11,074 nucleotides of DNA from Archangium sp. Its GTDB lineage: Bacteria > Myxococcota > Myxococcia > Myxococcales > Myxococcaceae. The notes beneath the pieces were generated by a model, which was not told the DNA's origin, ran no database searches, and worked only from the letters and a program-made list of their open reading frames with translations. Below, in pieces: positions 1 to 6,950 of the stretch. The translations under genes were made by a program, and so were the position numbers. The stretch's first letter is position 1; each line of letters starts with the position of its first letter. The stretch covers positions 1 to 11,074 of the forward strand of contig JANLPS010000146.1 in the NCBI GenBank assembly GCA_031367385.1, in the 5' to 3' direction.

Positions 1-1
1 G

Positions 2-1063
2 GAGCACCTGCGCCGGTTGGCTGAAGCAGGCAGAGACCGCGAGCGCGCCTCGCCCGTACCGGTGCCCCAGGCGCCTCCAGCCAAGCCCGAGACGACCGAG
101 CCCCCCGTGCTGCTGGGCATCGGCGCCTCGACGGGAGGCCCCCGCGCGGTCGCCAAGCTGCTCTCTGACCTGCCGAAAGATTTCTCGCTGCCGATCGCGC
201 TGGTGCAGCACATGGCTGAAGACTTCTTCGACAGCTTCGTACGCTTCTTGGGAGACGCGTCGGGCCGGGTGGTGCTGCAGGCGACGCAGGGGCTCCAGCT
301 GCGGCCTGGGCAGGTGGTGGTGGCGCCTCCGCGCAGTGAGCTGTTCGTCACCGAGTCTCTCGAAGCCAAGCTGCTGCCTTCGCCGCGTGACGCGCTGATT
401 TCACCGTCGGTCGACAGCTTGTTTTTCTCGATGGCGAAGACGCTTCAGTCACGAGGCATCGGGTTGCTGATGACAGGCATGGGTGATGACGGCGCGCAGG
501 GGCTCTTGCGCATGCGGCGCGTTGGCGCCCACACGTTGGTGCAAAACCGCGAGACCTGTGCGGTGTTCGGCATGCCCCGGGCGGCGATTGAGCTGGGCGC
601 GGCCGACATTTCGCTCCCGCTCGACGGGCTGGCGCCGTGGTTGTCGGCGCTGATGCGCGGCGGGCCACGGCCACGAGCGATTGAGCCCAAGAAGAAGCGC
701 GTGCTGGTGGTCGACGAAGATCTCGAGGTGCTCAAGGCGACGAAGAAGACGCTCGAGGCCGGAGGGCTCGAGGTGCACACGCTCGACAACCCGTTGCTGG
801 TGGCGCAAACCATTCGCCGGCTCGACATCGACCTGGTGCTGCTCGAGACCGAGCTGTCGACGATGAAGGGCGCGGTGGTGATTCAATCGCTGCGCAACCA
901 CGGCCTCGGGCGAGTGCCGGTGATGCTGCATTCGAAGCTCGATTCGGTGGCGCTCCACGCGCGCGCGAAAGAAGTGGGCGCACAGGGCTTCATTCGCAAG
1001 GGTTCGGGCTCGTTGGTGCGCGAAGTCGACGGGTTTCTCGGCTCACGGGGCAATCAGAGCTAG
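2..1063 (+). CDS. cheB: Chemotaxis methylesterase CheB (5'-partial) with an additional C-terminal receiver-like domain
   Basis: The frame is open from the window edge (EHLRRLAEAG...). CheB motifs: IGASTGGP (Ser 128-130), VQHM (His 209-211), PSVD, MTGMGDDGA (Asp 488-490), VFGMP. A receiver fold follows: RVLVVDED...IDLVLLE...PVMLHS...GAQGFIRKG. The TTG at 17 is probably not the true start. Confidence 0.92.
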   Translation, partial: EHLRRLAEAGRDRERASPVPVPQAPPAKPETTEPPVLLGIGASTGGPRAVAKLLSDLPKDFSLPIALVQHMAEDFFDSFVRFLGDASGRVVLQATQGLQLRPGQVVVAPPRSELFVTESLEAKLLPSPRDALISPSVDSLFFSMAKTLQSRGIGLLMTGMGDDGAQGLLRMRRVGAHTLVQNRETCAVFGMPRAAIELGAADISLPLDGLAPWLSALMRGGPRPRAIEPKKKRVLVVDEDLEVLKATKKTLEAGGLEVHTLDNPLLVAQTIRRLDIDLVLLETELSTMKGAVVIQSLRNHGLGRVPVMLHSKLDSVALHARAKEVGAQGFIRKGSGSLVREVDGFLGSRGNQS

Positions 1064-1112
1064 TCGCGAGCCCGAAAAGGAATGGAGCGACCCGGGTGCG
1101 GTTGACCCAGGC

Positions 1113-1649
1113 GTGACTCGGCTCTGCGTTCTTCTCGTCGTGTGTGCGTGCGCGGCCAGCCCGATGCGCGCCGATGCCCTCGCGAGCGCAGAAGTGGTGC
1201 AGCTGGGCATCGCGACTCCCCATTCGGCCCGGGTGCACGTCGAGGTGCTCGGGCTGAGTGACGATGAGCAGTGCTCGAAGAATGCGCGCAGCCGAGATCT
1301 CTGCGTGACCCACTTTCGACGGGCCTTCGAGAGCGGGTTATCGGCGGTTACCAGACAGCTGTACACGGCCGGTGTCGACGCACCCGAGATGACGATCGCC
1401 TTTCGCGTCGTGAAGTTGAGCCACTCGGTCACCTCGCTCGGCTCCGGCGGCTGGAGCACCAACCGGGTCGACCTCGATTGGGCCCTGATGGTGACCGATG
1501 CGAATGGCAACCCCGTGCTCGACGTACAGCGCTCGACGCAGAGCCCTCAGCCGATCACCTGGGGCGGCAACCACGACGCGGTCATCGCCAGGCTCATCGG
1601 AGCGACGCTGCAAGACACGTCGAGGGCGCTGAGCGAGCTGCGTCTTTAA
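1113..1649 (+). CDS. Putative lipoprotein of unknown function
   Basis: GTG start; short signal MTRLCVLLVVCAC ending in a lipobox-like Cys; globular alpha/beta-looking sequence with GC3-rich codons; fills the gap between neighbouring genes. Confidence 0.7.
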   Translation: MTRLCVLLVVCACAASPMRADALASAEVVQLGIATPHSARVHVEVLGLSDDEQCSKNARSRDLCVTHFRRAFESGLSAVTRQLYTAGVDAPEMTIAFRVVKLSHSVTSLGSGGWSTNRVDLDWALMVTDANGNPVLDVQRSTQSPQPITWGGNHDAVIARLIGATLQDTSRALSELRL

Positions 1650-1657
1650 GTGGTGGC

Positions 1658-1722
1658 TCACGGTGCACGGGGCGTGCTGCAGACCTCGGTGGTGTAGGGC
1701 GACTCGCCCGCGGCATTCACCG
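1658..1722 (-). other. Out-of-frame C-terminal tail of the FN3 domain (AVNAAGESPYTTEVCSTPRAP*)
   Basis: Minus strand reads AAG CG GTG AAT GCC GCG GGC GAG TCG CCC TAC ACC ACC GAG GTC TGC ... CCG TGA. Adding one G after AAG restores YCYRVKAVNAAGESPYTTEVC, a typical FN3 F-G strand ending. Confidence 0.8.
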
Positions 1723-2493
1723 CTTGACGCGGTAGCAATAGTCTTGACCCGCCACGCCGGTCGCGTCGGTGTAGGTCGCCGCGTTGGCCGCCAACGTCGC
1801 CAAGCCCGCGAACGTGCCGGTGGTGCCCGTCTTTCTCTCGAGCACGAAGCCGGTCTCATCGGCCGACCCGTCATCCCACGCGAGCACGATGATCGGTTGG
1901 GGCGTCGTGGTGGTCGTTGGCGTGAAAACGACATCGCGAAAATAGTTCGAGTTTCGGTACGAGCTCGTCGGCAAGCTGCTCGCCGGCCCGTAGACACCGT
2001 TGTTGCCAGCCACGGTCTGCAGAGGGCCGCTGGTCACCGCGGTGCCGAGCACATCATACGTATCGACGTAGTAGGTACCGCCCGTGTTGACGCTCAGCAC
2101 GTACTCAGCGCCCACGGTCAACGGCACCGGAATCGCAAAGGCCTGCTTCTGCCACCCCGACGCTGTCTCACCTTTGAACGGCACCGACGCGATGAGCCGG
2201 CCGGTGCTCGCGAGCCACAGCCGTGCGGTGTGAGGGCCACGCTCCGCCGGAGAGCGGTAGTAGCGCGCTGCGGTGAGCTGCCCAGCGCTCGACGTGGTGA
2301 ATCGAAAGCCGAGCTCGTAGTTGGCCTGCGGGCCGTCGGTCTGATTGATCTGTGCCGGCGTTGAGTTGCCGAAGAAGCTGAACGACTGAACCAGCGCCTC
2401 TTCGGTTGATGCGGTCTCATCGACCGGCCCTGCGCAGCCGCACAGCGCGGCAACCAGCGATGACACGATCATTTGCTTCGGGAGTGCTCTCAT
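1717..2493 (-). CDS. Lipoprotein with a DUF4082 domain and a C-terminal fibronectin type III-like domain (cut short by a frameshift; corrected end at 1658)
   Basis: Lipobox LCGC. DUF4082-type motifs YELGFRF...G...RYY...HTARLW...G..IA...F.GETASGWQ...NGVY...PT..Y..SNYF.DVVF. A Thr linker leads to FN3-type LAWDD.S.DETGF.LER...YTD...YCYRVK. Confidence 0.85.
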   Translation of the reverse strand: MRALPKQMIVSSLVAALCGCAGPVDETASTEEALVQSFSFFGNSTPAQINQTDGPQANYELGFRFTTSSAGQLTAARYYRSPAERGPHTARLWLASTGRLIASVPFKGETASGWQKQAFAIPVPLTVGAEYVLSVNTGGTYYVDTYDVLGTAVTSGPLQTVAGNNGVYGPASSLPTSSYRNSNYFRDVVFTPTTTTTPQPIIVLAWDDGSADETGFVLERKTGTTGTFAGLATLAANAATYTDATGVAGQDYCYRVKR

Positions 2494-2668
2494 CAGTCGT
2501 CACCAGTGTCGGAACCGGGAAGGAGAATTGAACGCCGGCGGCTCCAGGGTGCCGGCGCATGGCAACGACACCAGGCGCGCCCCAACTGCAAAACTCGAGT
2601 CTTCTCGGCGTGATAGAGACCGGTTTGCAGAACGCGATCAGCCGGTGTCAGGGCATTGAAAGGCACTC
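2494..2668. promoter_or_regulatory. Divergent intergenic region (promoters presumed, not located); SD-like GAAAGG before the ATG at 2669
   Basis: 175 nt non-coding gap between head-to-head genes; contains a short inverted repeat CTGCAAA (2586-2592) / TTTGCAG (2624-2630). Confidence 0.4.
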
Positions 2669-4096
2669 ATGACCACTCACCCGCGCGCCGCCGTCATCTT
2701 CTTCGCCCTCCTCGCAGCCAGCACCGCCAACGCAGGGACCTTCTTCGTCAGAGCAGGCGCGACGGGCGCGAACGACGGCTCGAGTTGGGCGACCGCGTTC
2801 ACCGCCCTGCCGAGCAAACCCCTTCGCGGCAGCACCTACTACGTCGCGGGCGGCACCTACGCGAGCGGCACTGTGCTCGACACGCCGAGTGGCTCAGCCG
2901 TGGTGATCATCAAAGGCGCGACGGCGGCCGATCACGGCTCTGACGTCGGCTGGGTGAAGGCCTATTCGGTGTGCGCCAGCGATGGAGGCACGAGCGCCTC
3001 TTTCCCCAGCGGGTGGACGGTCAGCACCAATGGGTGGACCATCGACGGGGCCTGCGGAGGCGGGTCGGACAACGGCGGGGTTGCCAGCGGCGGGTACGGC
3101 TTCAAGACCAAGGGCGCTGCGAAGGGCAGCGGCGCGCTCGGGTTCACCTTTCTCACCTCGGTCAGTGACATCACGATTGCGCATTACGAAATCGACGGCA
3201 CGAGCTGCTGCACGATGGGCAACGACGAGCTCGGCCTGCACGGCATGCTCTGCGTGGGGGCGTGCAGTGTGAACGGCGTGTTCGATCACCTCTCGATTCA
3301 CGACATCGGCGGAGCGGGGTTCTTGATGGGCGGCAACATCACGCTGCAGCACAGCCTGATCGCGCGCAACCGCTCGACCCCGGGCGCCCACGCCGAAGGC
3401 TGGAGCTACCGCGGAGGCACGGCCATCATTCGCTGGAACATCTTCGAGGACGTTCGCGGCACCGGGCAGTTCGTCGAGCTCTACGAGACGGGCACGAACC
3501 ATGAAGTGTACGGCAACGTCTTCAAGATGCTGACGCCACCCTGCCCCGGCTGCAACGGCTCGGCGTGGCCGGTGGTCGACAACACCTCGACTGGCGTCAT
3601 TCACGGGCTGAAGTTCTACAACAACACGATCTACGGCCTCGACGGCAACCCGGGCGTCGGCTCGATCAACGGCTCGACCGGCTACGACATCAAGAACAAC
3701 CTCTGGTTCAACAATGCATATGGCGCGAGCATCTCGGGCACGCTGAGCAACAACACCGTGTGGGGCACGTACTGGTACGGAGGCGCGAGCGGCGCCGCCT
3801 CTGACTGGCGCTGCGTGCAAGCGGGCAACAAAGACCCGAGTGGCAACTGCGCGGGCAACAACTCGGTGGTCGCGCCATCGGCGGCGCTGACCTTCGTCGC
3901 TCCGCCGCAAGACCTGCGACCGATGGGCAACTCGATTTCGGGCATCGCGATCACCGGGGTCGCGTTGGGGGCCCCGTATGACGTCGACATGAACGGCGTT
4001 CAACGCACCCAGTGGACGCGCGGCGCCTACGAGTACGGGGCGGTGGTGCCACCGGTGAAACCCGCGCCTCCGACGAACTTGAGGGTCGTTCAGTAA
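2669..4096 (+). CDS. Secreted right-handed parallel beta-helix (pectin lyase-like) protein, possibly carbohydrate-active
   Basis: Signal peptide ending ANA|G. N-terminal FFVRAGATGANDGSSWATAF is typical of beta-helix proteins. Gly/Asn-rich coil motifs IRWNIF, VYGNVF, FYNNTIY, IKNNLW; C-terminal D.NG..R...GAYEY; terminal PAPPTNLRVVQ. Confidence 0.8.
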   Translation: MTTHPRAAVIFFALLAASTANAGTFFVRAGATGANDGSSWATAFTALPSKPLRGSTYYVAGGTYASGTVLDTPSGSAVVIIKGATAADHGSDVGWVKAYSVCASDGGTSASFPSGWTVSTNGWTIDGACGGGSDNGGVASGGYGFKTKGAAKGSGALGFTFLTSVSDITIAHYEIDGTSCCTMGNDELGLHGMLCVGACSVNGVFDHLSIHDIGGAGFLMGGNITLQHSLIARNRSTPGAHAEGWSYRGGTAIIRWNIFEDVRGTGQFVELYETGTNHEVYGNVFKMLTPPCPGCNGSAWPVVDNTSTGVIHGLKFYNNTIYGLDGNPGVGSINGSTGYDIKNNLWFNNAYGASISGTLSNNTVWGTYWYGGASGAASDWRCVQAGNKDPSGNCAGNNSVVAPSAALTFVAPPQDLRPMGNSISGIAITGVALGAPYDVDMNGVQRTQWTRGAYEYGAVVPPVKPAPPTNLRVVQ

Positions 4097-4097
4097 C

Positions 4098-4985
4098 CTA
4101 CCGCTCGGGCGCTTTGAGCAGCCGGCTCACGGTCACATCGAACTGGCTGTGCACCAGGCCGATCAGGCTCTCCATTTCGGAGCGCGGGATCTTCAGGTGC
4201 CGGTTCAAGTACCGGGTGGTGGCCTCGAAGAGGGTCTCGCGGCACTGCTTGATCCACAACCGCACGGTCGCTCCATGCACCCCGTACGAGCGGCCAATCA
4301 CTGCGCTGCTGAGCCCCTCGAGAAAGTACAGCGAGACCAAATTTCGATCTTTCGCGCTCAGCCCTGCCAGCGCAGCCTGAAAAGCCTCGCGAAATTCGGC
4401 TCGGTAGCGGGTCTTCAGGTACGCCAACTCCGGGTTTGGTGACTGCGAGAGCAGCGCAGCGCCGTCATCGCTGTCGAGGGCGACCTGCGCCTTGGGTCGA
4501 CGCCCCAGGTTGCGCGCGATGCGAATCGAGACCACCCGCAGCCAGCCTCCGAGCGCGGCGGCACCTGCGTATTGCGCGATCTTGGGCGTGGCGCCCGCCT
4601 CGGCGATGAACAACGTACTCCGCAGCCGTTGACGAACCTCTTCGATGAGCTCAGGCGCGCGGTTGACGCTCGCGACGTACCCTGCCACCCCCGGCATCAG
4701 CGCTCGCTCGAAGTGAGCCAACGCGGCCCGGTCTGCGTGCAGGCACGCGCACGTCAGATACAAGTCGGCGGTATGAAGACTCGAGAGCGCCTTCAGCCCG
4801 GTCGCCGGAGGCTTCGGCAGGTGCGCGGCGAGGTGCTCGACAAAGGCCTCCCGCGAGAGCAAAACGCCCGGCCAGGTCTCTCGAGCCAGCGCCCACCCCG
4901 AAGCCAACGACTCCTCGAGCGCCGCGAGCTTCTTGCTGTCGAGCGCGACCCCGAGAAGGTCGGCCAAGTGTCGGGCGGGGGTCAT
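4098..4985 (-). CDS. ECF-like sigma-70 factor resembling the Myxococcales family 1 (TIGR03001-type)
   Basis: Family-typical WPGV...F..HL, DLYL.CAC...D.AAL..FE, EVRQRLR..L, KIAQY.G...L.GWLRVV (region 2) and LS.KDRNL..L...EGLS...IG..YGVH.ATV..W (region 4 HTH). ATG at 4985 is preferred over the TTG at 5003. Confidence 0.85.
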   Translation of the reverse strand: MTPARHLADLLGVALDSKKLAALEESLASGWALARETWPGVLLSREAFVEHLAAHLPKPPATGLKALSSLHTADLYLTCACLHADRAALAHFERALMPGVAGYVASVNRAPELIEEVRQRLRSTLFIAEAGATPKIAQYAGAAALGGWLRVVSIRIARNLGRRPKAQVALDSDDGAALLSQSPNPELAYLKTRYRAEFREAFQAALAGLSAKDRNLVSLYFLEGLSSAVIGRSYGVHGATVRLWIKQCRETLFEATTRYLNRHLKIPRSEMESLIGLVHSQFDVTVSRLLKAPER

Positions 4986-5085
4986 GTGGTCAGAGGAGCG
5001 CAAGGCTCATACATGCAGGGCTGTTTGATCGAGTCGGCCGATAGCGCATCATGTCGGTTCTTTCGAGTCTAACGAGGTTTGGCCG

Positions 5086-6510
5086 TTGAGTGAGAGTTGC
5101 TTGGGCGACAGCACCGTCGAGTCGTTCGTGCGTGGCCATTTGGGGCCCGGCGACTTCGCGCGCGCCGAGCAGCACCTGGCCGGCTGTGTCGAGTGCCGCG
5201 GAGACGTCGCAGAGGTCGCCCGGTCACTCGAAGGCGATACCGGCATCGATCAACCGACCGTGAGCCATGCGTCGAAAGACCAGCAGGCCCTCGAGCCCGA
5301 GACGCTGGTCGGCCGGTACGTCATCAAGACCGTGCTGGGCTTCGGCGGCATGGGGGTGGTGTACCAAGCGCATGACACGGCGCTGAACCGGTCGATTGCC
5401 CTCAAGTTGTTGCGCGGGTCATCGGCTGATGGCCAGGCGCGCTTGTTTTCAGAGGCCAGAGCGATGGCCCGCCTCTCGCACCCCAACGTGGTCTCGGTGC
5501 ACGACGTCGGCACCTTCAATGGCCAGGTCTTCGTCGCGATGGAGCTGGTCGCGGGCAGCACCTTTCGCGCTTTTCTCGAGCGCACTCCAAGGCCGTGGCG
5601 AGAGAACCTGGCGATCTTGATCGAAGCGGGCCGCGGTCTGTCTGCCGCGCACGCCGCCGGCATGGTTCACCGTGACTTCAAGCCCGACAACGTGTTGGTC
5701 GGCGCCGATGGCCGCGTGCGGGTGACTGATTTCGGGCTCGCGAGATCGATCTCCGAAGCGCCCGAACAGCTCGGGGTGACGAGCGTCGTCGGCGAGCTCG
5801 ATGACGCCAACACGTTGACCAAGACCGGCATGCTCAAAGGCACCCTGCGGTACATGGGGCCCGAACAATTCGCGGGGTTGGCGCCCGACATGCGCAGCGA
5901 CCAATTCAGCTTTTGTGTCGCGGCCTACGAGTGCGTCTACCGCCAGCGGCCCTTCGAGGCGACGAGCGCTGAGACGCTGGCGCGGGCGGTCTGCAATGGC
6001 TCGGTGCGTGAGCCTCCGGCCGACAGCGATGTGCCGATGCGGGTTCGTGCGGCGATCATGCGCGGGCTCCGCGTGTTGCCTGAGCAGCGGTTCGCGTCGC
6101 TCAACGCGTTGCTCGATGAGCTGACCGAAGCGGCGAAGTTCGTGTCTCCGCCTGCGCGGGCGAAGCGTGGGGTGATTGCGGTCGCGGCAGCGGTGGTGCT
6201 GATGGTTGCGCTCGGCATTGGGCTCTCGCGCCAAGCATCTTCGGGGCGAATCGAAGAACAACCGGTTGCCGCCGCCCCACTCCCCGTTGCCGCGGTGCTC
6301 CAGCCTGCACGGCCGCCAGTCGAGTTGGTGGTGTCGAAAGCCGAAGTGCCGGCGATTCAACCGGCACCCGCGCCCGCGCCGAGCGTTGTTCGAGCGCCGG
6401 TGGCCAAGCGCAAACGAAGACCCGATGCGAAGCCAGCCGCGAGCGACCGCTACGATGACGCCCCGCTCGAACCGTCGTTCGTTCGCAGCTCGCGGGAGAA
6501 CGTGAAATGA
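5086..6510 (+). CDS. Hanks-type Ser/Thr protein kinase with an N-terminal zf-HC2/ZAS-like zinc finger, one TM helix and a Pro/Ala-rich extracytoplasmic tail
   Basis: SD GAGG (5074-5077) before TTG. C5-x24-H30-x3-C34-x2-C37. Kinase motifs LGFGGMGVV, IALK, HRDFKPDN, DFG, GTLRYMGPE, SDQFSF. TM segment GVIAVAAAVVLMVALGIGL. Confidence 0.93.
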   Translation: MSESCLGDSTVESFVRGHLGPGDFARAEQHLAGCVECRGDVAEVARSLEGDTGIDQPTVSHASKDQQALEPETLVGRYVIKTVLGFGGMGVVYQAHDTALNRSIALKLLRGSSADGQARLFSEARAMARLSHPNVVSVHDVGTFNGQVFVAMELVAGSTFRAFLERTPRPWRENLAILIEAGRGLSAAHAAGMVHRDFKPDNVLVGADGRVRVTDFGLARSISEAPEQLGVTSVVGELDDANTLTKTGMLKGTLRYMGPEQFAGLAPDMRSDQFSFCVAAYECVYRQRPFEATSAETLARAVCNGSVREPPADSDVPMRVRAAIMRGLRVLPEQRFASLNALLDELTEAAKFVSPPARAKRGVIAVAAAVVLMVALGIGLSRQASSGRIEEQPVAAAPLPVAAVLQPARPPVELVVSKAEVPAIQPAPAPAPSVVRAPVAKRKRRPDAKPAASDRYDDAPLEPSFVRSSRENVK

Positions 6511-6923
6511 CGCCGGGCGTTCTGGTGCGGTGCCCGTCACTCTCTGAAGGAGTCGATACCCGAGATCAGCGTGGGGTCTTGGCGCGTCATGAAGCCGACC
6601 GCACGCGCGCTCGTTTCGCGGCACCCCGTGAACCGCCCGCCGGGCTCCGCGGTGGAAGAAGGCAACGAGCGCAGCCATCTCGCCCACCACGACTCGGTGC
6701 TTCAACGGGGAGGCACGACCGAGCGCACGAAAGAGCGGGAGCTGCCATGCAGTGCCTTTCGCTCTCAGCAGGGGCGACCGACACCCGCGAGGACCGCGAG
6801 GCGATGGCGCAGTACGAAAAGCATGGCAAGCGCAGCCATCTCGCCCCGCACGGCTCAGCGGTTCGACGCCGATGCACGATAGAGCGCACGAAACAGCACG
6901 ATCGGCTCTCCAACTTCGCCCAC
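6494..6923 (+). repeat. Three degenerate direct copies of the 5' end (6934-7144) of the downstream TPR gene
   Basis: Exact 20-mer at 6752-6771 = 6970-6989. By hand count, 6753-6863 matches 6971-7081 at 86/111 nt. Exact 18-mer 6668-6685 = 6829-6846 and 12-mer 6721-6732 = 6882-6893. GGGAG-N8-ATGA occurs at both 6494 and 6934. Confidence 0.88.
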
Positions 6924-6950
6924 ACGGCCTTTTGGGAGCTCGCGAGATGA
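6507..6950 (+). pseudogene. 147-codon ORF built from decayed copies of the TPR gene start; protein function doubtful
   Basis: MTPGVLVRCPSLSEGVDTRDQRGVLARHE and CLSLSAGATDTREDREAMAQYE both align to MKLAALALCLSLSAAAADTREEREALAHYE. The middle copy lies partly in another frame. ATGA overlaps with both neighbours. Confidence 0.5.

Noticed and set aside
2511..2660. ECF-like GGAACC, AGGAG followed by a short TTG ORF, and an imperfect CTGCAAA/TTTGCAG hairpin
   Set aside because: No convincing -10 element, SD-start spacing of only 2 nt, and a short bulged stem; not enough to call a promoter, peptide or ncRNA.
2894..4003. 369-aa antisense ORF (likewise 5449-7002 minus, 1663-2364 plus and the other overlapping ORFs)
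   Set aside because: Shadow frames of well-supported GC3-rich genes, with no recognisable motifs.
4090..4105. Intrinsic terminators at the convergent junctions (also 1650-1657 and 8857-8863)
   Set aside because: The gaps are only 1-8 nt and no hairpin with a U-tract is visible.
4986..5010. Upstream ATG (MSLALL-stop) as a frameshifted true start of the sigma gene
   Set aside because: ATG 4985 already gives a plausible N-terminus, and there is no independent evidence for a frameshift.
6752..6946. 65-aa N-terminal extension of the TPR ORF in the ORF track
   Set aside because: It is an off-frame reading of the decayed copy; the SD and signal peptide point to ATG 6947.
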